From: Bacteroidales bacterium
Lineage (GTDB): Bacteria; Bacteroidota; Bacteroidia; Bacteroidales; UBA1402
Reading direction: 5' to 3'
Assembly (NCBI GenBank): GCA_028709215.1
Contig: JAQVXI010000004.1
Location: forward strand, 70,874-134,873
DNA: 64,000 nucleotides
The translations under genes were made by a program, and so were the position numbers. Below, piece by piece: positions 44,325-54,395 of this stretch. Every line of letters starts with the position of its first letter. Within the stretch, counting starts at the first letter, position 1. The notes under the pieces were generated by a model, which did not search any database, was not told where the DNA came from, and saw only the letters and a list, made by a program, of their open reading frames with translations.

Positions 44325-45192
44325 CGGGACGTTTCCAAAGATCCCATAGCTCAGGCAACAAGGCACGAAACCACAAACTCATCCCTGTGGTAAACGCTTT
44401 ACGAGGAAAATGCGTACGTACAAAATGCATAAACTCCCGATACGCAAAGCCTTTGGAACTGTACAAATAATTCAAGCGCTTACGAAACGATTTCAAATGA
44501 CGCGTACCCGGAGCCCGGTGGTCGTCGGTACAAGTCCCTAAATAATTGGGCAAAACCAACACAGGCAACCCTGCCTTGTGTACACGATAAGAATAATCAA
44601 AATCAGCGATGGAATGGATGTAATATGGATCAAAGAAGCCCATGCGCTCCAATACAACAGCGGGCAACAAAAGAATATTTGCATTGCAAAAATGCGCTTC
44701 CTGATATCGCCCGTTGGGAGGCAAATCGCGCACAGCATAACTGTGTGGTTTCAAAAGTGCATGTCCTCCATAACTAAACGTTTCCGACTCCGGATCCAAC
44801 GTACTACCGACCAGCAAACCGGAAGAACCGTACGCACTCTGAGCATACGCATCGCCAGCCAACAAATCCCCCAACGCATGCTCAAACAACAACGTATCGT
44901 CGTTGAGCAAGATGTAATACGTTGCGTTGCCATATTCGCGCGCCTTTCGCATGGCTAAGCTCATCCCCCCTGCCCAAAACAACGAACCGGTGCCCCGTAC
45001 GACATGAACCGACGGATAATGCGTCTTCACAGCAGCCGATGTTCCATCGGTCGAGCCATCATCGACCAAAACTACCCGAGCATCCACATGCGGCAGGTAG
45101 TGTTGAGCAAAGATACGCTCCAGACAGGCCAGTGTCTTATCCCGGCGATTGTGACAGGTCAGCAGAAAAACAACGTTAACCGATGCGTTCAT
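44299..45192 (-). CDS. glycosyltransferase family 2
   Basis: Trimmed to the ATG at 45192 (MNASVNVVFLLTCHNRRDKT...). Motifs VLVDDGSTDGT and LLNDDT. Its 3' end overlaps the convergent GT2 gene by 26 nt. Confidence 0.8.
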   Translation of the reverse strand: MNASVNVVFLLTCHNRRDKTLACLERIFAQHYLPHVDARVVLVDDGSTDGTSAAVKTHYPSVHVVRGTGSLFWAGGMSLAMRKAREYGNATYYILLNDDTLLFEHALGDLLAGDAYAQSAYGSSGLLVGSTLDPESETFSYGGHALLKPHSYAVRDLPPNGRYQEAHFCNANILLLPAVVLERMGFFDPYYIHSIADFDYSYRVHKAGLPVLVLPNYLGTCTDDHRAPGTRHLKSFRKRLNYLYSSKGFAYREFMHFVRTHFPRKAFTTGMSLWFRALLPELWDLWKRPVKSNREAA

Positions 45193-47668
45193 CACGTTTT
45201 GTGGATTTCTTTCGATAAGACTTCCAAATCGAGTACAGCACATACACCAGAATCCAGGCATACAGCATGTATAAGGCCACCAACGAAAGGTTTTCCGTCA
45301 TCGCATACGCCTTGGGTTCAAAACGGAACTCAATGCTGTGCGCTCCGGCAGGCACCTGCATCCCCCTTAAAATATAATTGCAACGGAAATGAGGAACAGC
45401 CTGCCCATCCAAATACGCCTGCCAACCCTTTTCGTAGTAGATCTCGGAGAAAACGATGCATTGAGGGTTTTCGGATGTATAGGAATACAGCAGGCGATTG
45501 GGAGCATACTCGGTGAGGCGGACAAACGAATTGCTGTCACGGACGAAGGATTTGGACGCGATCTTATCTTCAAAACGTTGATCGATCAACGCTTCTTTCG
45601 CCGGATCGAACGAATTCAAACCGGCCATCTCTTCATCCGCATTGGCCACAATCCTACAGTTCTCTACAAACCAGGCTGCTCCCAGCGCCTCCGGGTTCAT
45701 TTGAGCGACCGGTTTACCCGAAGTCGGATCCTGTACAATAAAATACTTCGTATTGAGCATATTCAGTACGGGCATATGCAAATCTTTCGATAGATACTGC
45801 TCGATAATCTCCTGATAACGACGCAATTTAGCCGCATGGTATCCACCCACCGAACGATGATAATACGAGGTACTCGCATCCTGAAACGGACTTACGGTCA
45901 AATTCAACACCCGATACCCCAATGATTTATCCTGTAATATCTGCTGATCGGCCTCCGTCATTTGCCAGGCCACCTGTGTCTCACGTTTCGGTACAAAATG
46001 CTCGTCGTTCAGGTAGCGTCGGTTGATCGTCCACAAATCGCCCAAAACCAATAAGGTCACAAATGCAACCAATACCGTTTGATTGATTTTCTTGCGATCA
46101 AACAACCACAATGCGGATGCTCCCAACAGAACCACAATCAAAGACCGCAAGGCATCCGACTTCAGTATGGAGACGCGGGCAGCTTCCAGACCTTGCATGT
46201 AGGCATCGATTTGACTGCCTGCTTGCGGATTCTGTTGTAGCATCTGTGCAAATTGCTGCAATTCACGATCGCTGTGAAAACCAAAGAACAGCGTCGGCAA
46301 CAACCAAAACACAAAGGCAACACCGGCCGTACTGCCCAAGCTAATCCAAAAGGCCTTGGCATGGGTTCGCAACACGTCCTTTGTCTTCAACACCTCAACC
46401 AATGCAAGCACCGCTAAAATTGGAATGCACAATTCTGCTACAACCAAAATGGATGATACCGTACGGAACTTATTATAAAGCGGGAAATAATCCAAAAACA
46501 TATCGGTCAACGGCATAAAATTCTTGCCCCAGGCCAATAGAATGGAAAGAACCGTTCCTACCAACATCGCCCATTTCATCGACCCTTTTACAATAAACAG
46601 CCCCAAAATAAACAAAAACAGTACAAATGCACCCACGTATACCGGACCGGCTGTAAAGGGTTGATCCCCCCAATAGCGGTCACTTTGGGCAACGTTTTGT
46701 TTCCAGACAGACGGAACATCCTTCAAAACATCCGGATCGTTGCCAATGGCTGCATTACCACCACCTTTGATGTTGGGAATCAACAGTGAGAAGGTTTCAA
46801 CCTTTCCATAACTCCAATCCGTCGCATAGCTTTTGTCCAGTCCGCTGGTTTGATTTGTAACCCCGTTACCGGATTGGGTCAGCTCAGATGGTCCCCGGAT
46901 GGTATCTTTCGTATACTGAGCCGTAAAGAACAGACTGGTCGCATTGATGCTCAGCGCCAAAACCACGCCGACGAACAGAACCGAAGTAGCCTTGGCAAAC
47001 GGAACATAAGCCTTTGTTTTGATCATTCGAACAAGCTCCGCAATCCAAAAGGGCAACGCAGCAAAAATGAAGAAATAATACGTCATTTGAATGTGATTGG
47101 ACATGAGCTGCAGGGCAAAGAACAAGGCAAACACGACCGCGCCCAAACCATATTTACCCCGATAGGCCCAGACCATACCCGCAAAGGTGGGCGGAATCAG
47201 TCCCAAGACCCAAACCTTCCATATATGCCCGGCTGTAATAATGATGATAAAATACGTCGAAAACGCAAAGGCAATGGCACCAACGATGCCCACCCAGGGA
47301 TTGACCTTCAACGAACACATCAGAATAAAAAAGCCCAGAAGATACAAAAACACATGCGAAGCCGGAGCCGGCAAGCGCCCCTCCAAAAAATACTTCACCT
47401 TCATCAAGGAGAATGATTTGTACGAGGGCGAAATTTGATAGGCAGGCATGCCACCAAACATACTCCCCGTCCAAAGGCTTTTCTCACCCGTTTCCTTCAT
47501 GTGTTGCGCAATATCCTGCCCCATTCCATCCCCCTTTCGGGTATCCATTTGAAATAGGCTTTTACCCTCCAACACGGGAGCACAATAAACCAAAGACAAC
47601 GCAAAAAAGACAACGAGTGCTGTCAGATACGGTAAAAACTGTTTTTTTAGATTGAAATCCTTCAACAT
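45176..47668 (-). CDS. YfhO-family polytopic membrane protein (GT-C-like glycosyltransferase)
   Basis: 830 aa. N-terminal half has many TM helices, followed by a large C-terminal soluble domain and a final TM helix. Typical Bacteroidetes YfhO layout. Confidence 0.75.
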   Translation of the reverse strand: MLKDFNLKKQFLPYLTALVVFFALSLVYCAPVLEGKSLFQMDTRKGDGMGQDIAQHMKETGEKSLWTGSMFGGMPAYQISPSYKSFSLMKVKYFLEGRLPAPASHVFLYLLGFFILMCSLKVNPWVGIVGAIAFAFSTYFIIIITAGHIWKVWVLGLIPPTFAGMVWAYRGKYGLGAVVFALFFALQLMSNHIQMTYYFFIFAALPFWIAELVRMIKTKAYVPFAKATSVLFVGVVLALSINATSLFFTAQYTKDTIRGPSELTQSGNGVTNQTSGLDKSYATDWSYGKVETFSLLIPNIKGGGNAAIGNDPDVLKDVPSVWKQNVAQSDRYWGDQPFTAGPVYVGAFVLFLFILGLFIVKGSMKWAMLVGTVLSILLAWGKNFMPLTDMFLDYFPLYNKFRTVSSILVVAELCIPILAVLALVEVLKTKDVLRTHAKAFWISLGSTAGVAFVFWLLPTLFFGFHSDRELQQFAQMLQQNPQAGSQIDAYMQGLEAARVSILKSDALRSLIVVLLGASALWLFDRKKINQTVLVAFVTLLVLGDLWTINRRYLNDEHFVPKRETQVAWQMTEADQQILQDKSLGYRVLNLTVSPFQDASTSYYHRSVGGYHAAKLRRYQEIIEQYLSKDLHMPVLNMLNTKYFIVQDPTSGKPVAQMNPEALGAAWFVENCRIVANADEEMAGLNSFDPAKEALIDQRFEDKIASKSFVRDSNSFVRLTEYAPNRLLYSYTSENPQCIVFSEIYYEKGWQAYLDGQAVPHFRCNYILRGMQVPAGAHSIEFRFEPKAYAMTENLSLVALYMLYAWILVYVLYSIWKSYRKKSTKRDERIG

Positions 47669-47679
47669 ATCGTATTCGA

Positions 47680-48666
47680 TTAGGGATGATAGATCGTTTC
47701 TTGCTTACCGATGGCCTTGTATGCCTTTGCGGTAAACGCTTCGTTGAGAAAACCAATTGCATACGCCGTCAATTGGGTATAAGAAGTAAGCACCGACAAC
47801 AGGCCTACGTGCAAAGATCGATTTTGAAGCCAGGCATCCGTGCACAGCAGCAAAATATAAGCGAAGATGGGAAATAAAAAGACGGAATGCACAAAAATAC
47901 CGGCAAAAATCAAGGCAATGTGTCCCAGCACAAACAGCAGAGGAAACAAATGTACCGGTTTCAACGATCCCGGATTGGTTTTGGACAACACAATTCTGGA
48001 TTTTCCAAACGTTCGAATCTGTCGGTAAAATTTCTTCAGATCGACCCGGCGTTTGTGATAAACATAGGCTTCGCGATACAAAGCTGTTTTCAATCCGGCT
48101 TTGCGAACCCGCAGGCTAAAATCAATGTCTTCACCAATCATCGATCGAAAACCACCGGTCGCGTCAAACGCTTTTCGGGTAATGCCCATATTGAACGAAC
48201 GGGGCGTAAACGATTCCATCGGCTTTTTTCCTCCTCGAATGCCCCCTGTTGTGAAAAAAGAGGTCATCGAATAATTGACCGCCTTCTGCATCCGGTTAAA
48301 ATCGGGATGTGCATTGTCCGGACCACCAAAACAATCCGCAGGAGCCTTCGAATATGCCCGATGAACCGAGTCCATATACGTAGAAGGCAAGACACAATCC
48401 GAATCAAACAACAAAAAGATGTCTGATCGGGCTTGTTCCATACCCAAATTGCGGCGTTGGCTTCGATCCAATCCGGGCCTGTAAAAATAGCGCACATCCA
48501 ATCGATCCGCATAGCGTTGCACCACGGCATCACAGGGCCTTGGGGAAGCATCCTCCAACACCAGGACTTCGAAGTCCGTATACGTTTGCGTCAACAAACT
48601 ATCCAGAAATTCCTGCATTTCATCCGGTCGATCGTACACCGGAACAATGATACTATAGGTTGGCAT
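47680..48666 (-). CDS. membrane-anchored glycosyltransferase family 2
   Basis: Trimmed to the ATG at 48666 (MPTYSIIVPVYDRPDEMQEFLDSL), because the track start at 48693 is a TTG. Motifs LEDAS, FDSDC, GEDIDFSLR. C-terminal TM helices (LFPLLFVLGHIALIFAGIFV...). Confidence 0.8.
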   Translation of the reverse strand: MPTYSIIVPVYDRPDEMQEFLDSLLTQTYTDFEVLVLEDASPRPCDAVVQRYADRLDVRYFYRPGLDRSQRRNLGMEQARSDIFLLFDSDCVLPSTYMDSVHRAYSKAPADCFGGPDNAHPDFNRMQKAVNYSMTSFFTTGGIRGGKKPMESFTPRSFNMGITRKAFDATGGFRSMIGEDIDFSLRVRKAGLKTALYREAYVYHKRRVDLKKFYRQIRTFGKSRIVLSKTNPGSLKPVHLFPLLFVLGHIALIFAGIFVHSVFLFPIFAYILLLCTDAWLQNRSLHVGLLSVLTSYTQLTAYAIGFLNEAFTAKAYKAIGKQETIYHP

Positions 48667-49624
48667 GGATCGGGTGGGTTTCAAAGTAGTCAAACATTCG
48701 GTGAATTCCGGTTTTTAAATCCGTTTCGACGGTAAAACCGAGGGCTTGCATGCGGGAAACATCCCACTCTACCTGCTTCATCGCCGTCGTTCCGGCTGAG
48801 GTCGGTGCACACACAATGGGTATCTCTTCATGATAGCGTTCGTTCATCACCTCGCGAATCAAATACGCCAGATCCAACAAACGTACACTTTTTCCGGAAG
48901 CGATGTGAAAAGGCTGCCGCAAATCGATGGCATCCGAGGCATCCAGTAGGCAGGCCACTGCCCGACAAACATCCGAACCGTGAATAAAGTCCCTTCTGGG
49001 ACTGCCATCCGACAACAAACGAATTTGCCGGCTCTGGTAAGCGGTTCGACACAAATCGTTGACCGCCAACCACCAGCAATTATTCTCGGTAAAAACGGGA
49101 GGACCGTAACTATTGGACAAGCGCAATTGTATGCAGCGCACATCGGTCGTATCGTTGTAATACGAACAAATTGTTTCAGACAGGGCATGCGTCAAGGCAT
49201 ACACATTGCCTGGGCGTACAGCATGAGACTCCTGAATCAGACCCTCCGCTTGACCGCCATAGACATGTATGGTAGAAAAAAAGACAAACGTCTGGAGCCC
49301 CTTCTTCGCAAAGCGATCCAGCAGATCCCAGGTTGGATGTACATTCACGTCCAACGCCTGCGTGGTTGACGCGTTTTGAGAGGCATGATGATCCAAAGAG
49401 ACCAAATGAATCAGTGCATCGTACGATTGGCCGGCCAATTCGGCGCGAAAGGCATCCGAAGCCACACTTCCGCAAAGCACCTGTTTCATTTTTGCACACC
49501 AGACAGCATCGTCCGGAATCGCCGGATAACACACCGCAGTCACCGCATGACCGGCATCTGCCAGATGTGCGCTGATTTGTGCTCCCAAATACCCGTTCGC
49601 TCCGGTGATCAATATGTTTTTCAT
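48653..49624 (-). CDS. NAD-dependent epimerase/dehydratase-family (extended SDR) sugar-nucleotide enzyme with atypical YxxxH
   Basis: 323 aa. Rossmann motif ILITGANGYLG. Active-site segment VYALTHALSE carries His where the SDR YxxxK lysine is expected. Confidence 0.75.
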   Translation of the reverse strand: MKNILITGANGYLGAQISAHLADAGHAVTAVCYPAIPDDAVWCAKMKQVLCGSVASDAFRAELAGQSYDALIHLVSLDHHASQNASTTQALDVNVHPTWDLLDRFAKKGLQTFVFFSTIHVYGGQAEGLIQESHAVRPGNVYALTHALSETICSYYNDTTDVRCIQLRLSNSYGPPVFTENNCWWLAVNDLCRTAYQSRQIRLLSDGSPRRDFIHGSDVCRAVACLLDASDAIDLRQPFHIASGKSVRLLDLAYLIREVMNERYHEEIPIVCAPTSAGTTAMKQVEWDVSRMQALGFTVETDLKTGIHRMFDYFETHPIHANL

Positions 49625-49636
49625 TGCTTCGTTGGT

Positions 49637-50059
49637 TTAATTCAGTGGAAACGCATCGATCTCGGCCCGCTCCACCTCCATCGGATCGTGCTCCATATCG
49701 GCAACATTCAACAAAAGATTCACGGACGGACCCAAGCCTTCAAAAGCCAGCCATACACCGGGAGGCACCGTCAATCGGGCATAATGATCTTCCCCCAATT
49801 CGATGCGCAAGCCCTGACCCTTGCTCGGACTCTCCAATCGGTCGTCGTAGAGATAGAACCGAATGCAACCCAGTGGTACAACCAAATTGAGTGTCATTCG
49901 AAGGTGTTTTTTCCATGCCTTTATCTCTCCCGCATGCACCGTCGAAAAATACGCTTCTCCAAAACCCTTGTAACCGGCATCGCTGCGTTTCATCCCATGC
50001 AGCACATCGCCTTTGGGATGTAAAATTCGTTTTAAGGGTGTGATCAAGACTCCTTCCAT
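49637..50059 (-). CDS. cupin-fold sugar-nucleotide epimerase/isomerase (RmlC/WxcM-like)
   Basis: 140 aa. Small beta-rich protein: HPKGDVLHGMK...GEAYFSTVHAGEIKAWKKH...VPPGVWLAF. Lies between the CDP-glucose dehydratase and the SDR. Confidence 0.55.
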   Translation of the reverse strand: MEGVLITPLKRILHPKGDVLHGMKRSDAGYKGFGEAYFSTVHAGEIKAWKKHLRMTLNLVVPLGCIRFYLYDDRLESPSKGQGLRIELGEDHYARLTVPPGVWLAFEGLGPSVNLLLNVADMEHDPMEVERAEIDAFPLN

Positions 50060-50065
50060 GCGTGT

Positions 50066-51214
50066 TTACTTTTGTGTCCAAACGGCAGCACGTTCCCGTG
50101 CTTTCGATTGATATACTTCCAACTGCTGTTGCGTAAAGGCATACAAATCCGCTTGCTTTTGATGCCATACGGCATACCAACCGGCCGTCAACTCCGTCAA
50201 TTCGGTATAATTCAAGACCGGCTTCCATTTGAGTTCAAACAACGCCTTGTCGCAATTGAGTTTCAACAAACCGGCCTCGTGAAAAGGCACATTGCCGGTT
50301 ATGGTATAGGGTGCCATGCCATCAGGCATGCCAAAAACGGATCCGATGTCAGAAAGTAATTCCACGACGGTATGGGTGTTTTCTGCTGCCGGACCAAAAT
50401 TGAAGGATTGTCCGTTCAGTTCTTTACGTTCACTCAACTGCTGACCCAAAGCCAAATAGCCACTCAGTGGTTCAAGAACATGCTGCCAGGGCCGAGTCGC
50501 CTGCGGACTTCTGATTTCGACCGTTTGGCCTTTGCTCCAGGATCGAATGCAATCGGGCACAATGCGATCCAACGCCCAATCACCGCCGCCAATGACGTTA
50601 CCGGCTCGGGCTGTAGCCACACGCACCGGAACGTCCCCCGATTTAAAATAAGAATGAAAGTAGGATTTAAAGACCAACTCAGCGGCACCCTTTGAACCAC
50701 TGTACGGATCTTTTCCGCCCATTGGATCGGTTTCTTTATAGCCCCATACCCATTCAACGTTGTCGTAACACTTGTCACTGGTGATCAATATGGCTGTGCA
50801 GGTATGTTTTAGGGTTCTCAGTGCATCCAGCACATGAACCATTCCCATTACATTGATTTCAAACGTTTCGGAAGGATTGCGGTAGGAAACGGAAACCAAG
50901 GCCTGAGCCGCCAGATGAAAGACAAAATCCGGTCGAACCTCCTCCACCACCCGTTGAACGGCTGCCGAATCGCGTACATCCACCCAATATTGATGCAAGC
51001 GTTGCTCCAAGCCAAGCTGTCGATACAAACTACAGGCATCAGAAGCCTGTTCCTCTCCGGGTACCCCGTTGGACAAACCATAGACATCCGCTCCCAAATG
51101 GATCAGCCAAAGGCTCAACCAACTCCCCTTAAAACCGGTATTTCCGGTAATCAATACACGTTTGCCGGCATAACAGCCGGAAAAGGCATCGCCGTCGGTT
51201 ACCATTTTTTCCAT
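50066..51214 (-). CDS. rfbG: CDP-glucose 4,6-dehydratase
   Basis: 382 aa. Motifs VLITGNTGFKGSWLSLWL and YSGSKGAAE (YxxxK). Confidence 0.88.
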   Translation of the reverse strand: MEKMVTDGDAFSGCYAGKRVLITGNTGFKGSWLSLWLIHLGADVYGLSNGVPGEEQASDACSLYRQLGLEQRLHQYWVDVRDSAAVQRVVEEVRPDFVFHLAAQALVSVSYRNPSETFEINVMGMVHVLDALRTLKHTCTAILITSDKCYDNVEWVWGYKETDPMGGKDPYSGSKGAAELVFKSYFHSYFKSGDVPVRVATARAGNVIGGGDWALDRIVPDCIRSWSKGQTVEIRSPQATRPWQHVLEPLSGYLALGQQLSERKELNGQSFNFGPAAENTHTVVELLSDIGSVFGMPDGMAPYTITGNVPFHEAGLLKLNCDKALFELKWKPVLNYTELTELTAGWYAVWHQKQADLYAFTQQQLEVYQSKARERAAVWTQK

Positions 51215-51990
51215 GGCGCTTGATTTTTGTGATACATATCATTCAACAGACCATACTCACGCGACGTATCCATGGGCTGCCAAAAACCGTCGTGTTCAAA
51301 AACACGCAATTCTCCGGCCTCAACCAATGCACGAATGGGTTCCTGCTCCAACACCAGGTCTTCCTGGTCGTTGAGAAAATCAAAAAATGCTCGTTTAAAG
51401 ATAAAAAATCCACCGTTGATCCGGCCACCGCTGACCTGAGGCTTTTCATTAAATCCGGACACCTGCTTGCTCGTTGCGTCGTAATCCAACTCACCAAAAC
51501 GTCCGGGAGGATGTACTCCGGTGACGGTTGCGATTCTGCCGTGTTCCAAATGAAAGGCAAGCAGTGCATCCAGATCCACATCACCAACTCCGTCACCATA
51601 CGTTAACATAAAGTGTTCATCCGTTCCTATGTAGGATTGAATGCGTTTCACCCGTGCTCCGGTCATTGCATTCAGTCCCGTCTCTGCCAATGCGATGTCC
51701 CAACCGTCTTCATCCGTCTTTTGACGATGCAACGCGGGCGGATCCTGACCCAATGTCAATCGGACATCTGCCGGAACGGTACCGTATTGCAGGAAATAAT
51801 TCTTGATGACTTCGCTCTTGTAGCCTAGGCACAATACAAAATGCGTATGACCAAAATGGGCATAATACTTCATGATGTGCCAGAGAATGGGGCGATCCCC
51901 AACCGGAATCATGGGTTTGGGTAAATTTTCGGAAACTTCCCGAATGCGTGTTCCATACCCTCCACAAAGAATGACGGTTTTTAATTGCAT
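51199..51990 (-). CDS. rfbF: glucose-1-phosphate cytidylyltransferase
   Basis: 263 aa. Motifs VILCGGYGTRIREVSENLPKPMIPVGDRPILWHIM and LTYGDGVGDVD. Confidence 0.9.
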   Translation of the reverse strand: MQLKTVILCGGYGTRIREVSENLPKPMIPVGDRPILWHIMKYYAHFGHTHFVLCLGYKSEVIKNYFLQYGTVPADVRLTLGQDPPALHRQKTDEDGWDIALAETGLNAMTGARVKRIQSYIGTDEHFMLTYGDGVGDVDLDALLAFHLEHGRIATVTGVHPPGRFGELDYDATSKQVSGFNEKPQVSGGRINGGFFIFKRAFFDFLNDQEDLVLEQEPIRALVEAGELRVFEHDGFWQPMDTSREYGLLNDMYHKNQAPWKKW

Positions 51991-52008
51991 GGTCTTAGAC
52001 GGTTTATT

Positions 52009-53430
52009 TCAATAACGATAGTGTTCTGCTTTGTAAGGTCCATCCGGTGAAACACCAATGTAGGCAGCCTGTTCCGGAGTCAGTTTGGTCAGTTTTACAC
52101 CAATGCGTTCCAGATGCAAACGAGCCACTTCCTCATCCAAATGCTTGGGCAAACGATAGACGCCCACCTCCCATTTCTGAGCCCATAATTCCATTTGAGC
52201 CAGTGTCTGGTTGGTAAAGGAATTGCTCATGACAAACGAAGGATGTCCGGTTGCGCAACCCAAATTGACCAGTCGGCCGTCGGCCAATAATAGAATGGAA
52301 TGACCTTCGGGAAACTGATATTGATCCACCTGTGGTTTGATGTTGCGGTGTTGAATACCCGGATAATGCTTCAATTTCTCTACCTGTATTTCGTTGTCAA
52401 AATGACCGATGTTGCAGACGATGGCATGATCCCGCATGCCTGCCATGTGCTCAATGCGAATGACGTCCCGGTTGCCGGTCGTGGTTACATAAATATCTCC
52501 TTCAGACAATGCTTCCTCAACGGTCTTAACCTCAAAGCCCTCCATCGCCGCTTGCAGCGCACAAATGGGATCGATTTCCGTAACAATGACGCGCGAACCG
52601 TAGCTACGCATGGAGTGTGCACAGCCTTTACCCACGTCCCCATAACCACAAACCACCACCACTTTTCCGGCCAACATCACATCCGTCGCCCGCTTGATGC
52701 CATCTGCCAGCGACTCGCGACAGCCGTATAAATTGTCAAACTTTGACTTGGTCACGGAATCGTTGACGTTGAAGGCCGGGAAAAGCAATTCTCCTTTTTC
52801 CATCATTTGATACAAACGATGCACTCCGGTCGTCGTCTCTTCCGAAACACCCTGAATCGCCGGTACACGGCTTGTCCAAAAAGTATCTTCTGCCTGCAAA
52901 ACCTGCTTAAGAAGGCTTTGCAGCAGGCGTTCGTCCTCCGTATCGGCTATGCCGTTCAGAATATCCGGCTGTTTTTCTGCCTTGTATCCCAGGTGGCACA
53001 TAAGGGTCGCATCGCCTCCGTCGTCGACAATCAGGTGGGGACCTTTGCTTCCCGGGAAATTCAAAGCCTGTAAGGTACACCACCAATATTCTTCCAGCGT
53101 TTCACCTTTCCAGGCAAAAACCGGAACTCCGGCTGCCGCAATGGCTGCTGCAGCGTGATCTTGTGTAGAATAGATGTTGCAGCTTGCCCAACGCACATCG
53201 GCACCCAGAGCAACCAGTGTTTCAATTAAAACAGCGGTTTGTATCGTCATGTGCAAAGATCCCATGATTCGGGCTCCTTTCAACGGTTGCTGTCCTGCAT
53301 ATTTTTCCCGCAGTGCCATCAGACCCGGCATTTCCGGTTCGGCCAAATCGATTTCTTTGCGTCCAAATTCGGCTTGAGAAAGATCGGCGACGCAATGGGG
53401 AAGGTCAGCAAACAAAGGATATGTATTCAT
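52009..53430 (-). CDS. ahcY: adenosylhomocysteinase
   Basis: 473 aa. Motifs [24 protein letters not shown] (NAD binding), GHFDNEI. Confidence 0.94.
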   Translation of the reverse strand: MNTYPLFADLPHCVADLSQAEFGRKEIDLAEPEMPGLMALREKYAGQQPLKGARIMGSLHMTIQTAVLIETLVALGADVRWASCNIYSTQDHAAAAIAAAGVPVFAWKGETLEEYWWCTLQALNFPGSKGPHLIVDDGGDATLMCHLGYKAEKQPDILNGIADTEDERLLQSLLKQVLQAEDTFWTSRVPAIQGVSEETTTGVHRLYQMMEKGELLFPAFNVNDSVTKSKFDNLYGCRESLADGIKRATDVMLAGKVVVVCGYGDVGKGCAHSMRSYGSRVIVTEIDPICALQAAMEGFEVKTVEEALSEGDIYVTTTGNRDVIRIEHMAGMRDHAIVCNIGHFDNEIQVEKLKHYPGIQHRNIKPQVDQYQFPEGHSILLLADGRLVNLGCATGHPSFVMSNSFTNQTLAQMELWAQKWEVGVYRLPKHLDEEVARLHLERIGVKLTKLTPEQAAYIGVSPDGPYKAEHYRY

Positions 53431-53460
53431 CGAACAATTCGTTTAATAGGTTTTAATGCG

Positions 53461-53468
53461 CAAAGATA
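53461..53468 (-). promoter_or_regulatory. -7 promoter box (TATCTTTG) for ahcY
   Basis: The minus strand reads TATCTTTG, 31 nt upstream of the ATG at 53430. Confidence 0.45.
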
Positions 53469-53489
53469 CAAAAACTGCCAGACTATCTG

Positions 53490-53497
53490 TATCTTTG
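53490..53497 (+). promoter_or_regulatory. -7 promoter box (TATCTTTG) for the PAP2 gene
   Basis: Matches TAnnTTTG, 13 nt upstream of the ATG at 53510. Confidence 0.45.
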
Positions 53498-53509
53498 GTC
53501 GCGAAACCA

Positions 53510-54250
53510 ATGTGCTCTATCGTGCGAATCTGTTGTTTGTTCTTACTCCTTGCCATCCTGTATGGATCGAAAGCTTTTGGACAAAGCCCTCCTACAGTAG
53601 ACAGCCTCTCCTTTTTTAAACATCCGGCAAAAACGGAAAATTGCATCGCACTGGGTGTAGGCGCCTTGGGTTTGGGCATTCTGGCACTGCCACAATTCAA
53701 ACAAAACATCCAACAACAACTCAATTGGAATGCGGATGAAACCGTTCGGCTCTACGACGATCAATTGCGCTATGCGCCGCTGGCATTGGGCGTAGGCCTA
53801 AGCCTGCTGGGCATGGATCGCGAACGCCCTCTTCTGCACAGCCTTGCCTTAGGCGGCCTCTCCTATGTGCTCTCAGACTTTGTTGTATACCGCAGCAAAA
53901 AAGCAAGCGACCAACTCAGACCCAACGGTCTGGATCGGGAATCCTTTCCCTCACAACATACGGCAATGGCTTTTGTAGCCGCAACGTTGTTGCATCGAGA
54001 ACTCGGACAGCACCATCCCGCCATTTCCATCGGTGGGTATGCATGCGCTGCCTGGGTGGGCTATGCACGGATTGCACGAAATCGTCATTATACAAGTGAT
54101 GTCTTGGTCGGTGCCGCCGTTGGCACACTGGTCACCAATATCACGTATATGAGTTACGATTATCTACGCAGCAAGAAGATGCAACGAATGCACATCCAAC
54201 CCATTCTCTCCTCGGATATGACAGGCGTGCATCTTTCCTATCTTTTCTAA
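53510..54250 (+). CDS. PAP2-family phosphatase (membrane)
   Basis: Trimmed to the ATG at 53510, which lies downstream of the promoter box. PAP2 motifs KKASDQLRP, PSQHT, ARIARNRHYTSDVLVG. Confidence 0.8.
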   Translation: MCSIVRICCLFLLLAILYGSKAFGQSPPTVDSLSFFKHPAKTENCIALGVGALGLGILALPQFKQNIQQQLNWNADETVRLYDDQLRYAPLALGVGLSLLGMDRERPLLHSLALGGLSYVLSDFVVYRSKKASDQLRPNGLDRESFPSQHTAMAFVAATLLHRELGQHHPAISIGGYACAAWVGYARIARNRHYTSDVLVGAAVGTLVTNITYMSYDYLRSKKMQRMHIQPILSSDMTGVHLSYLF

Positions 54251-54334
54251 TTCAACAATTCATTGTAGCGTTTTACGGCTTACTGCATCTGTCTTAGTAT
54301 AGAAATTACTCTTTTTAATTTCCTCTATACAGTC

Positions 54335-54372
54335 AGGCCGTTCCAACGTGATGTTGCAACGGCCTTTTTTTT
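54335..54372 (+). terminator. rho-independent terminator after the PAP2 gene
   Basis: AGGCCGTTCCAAC (54335-54347) pairs with GTTGCAACGGCCT (54353-54365), with one C:C mismatch. Followed by T7. Confidence 0.8.
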
Positions 54373-54395
54373 GACAAACCTTCAATTTCATTCGC

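Noticed and set aside
53431-53509. Looked for a SAH riboswitch upstream of ahcY
   Set aside because: The spacer is 79 nt and is occupied by two promoter boxes. The leader of about 25 nt cannot hold the element.
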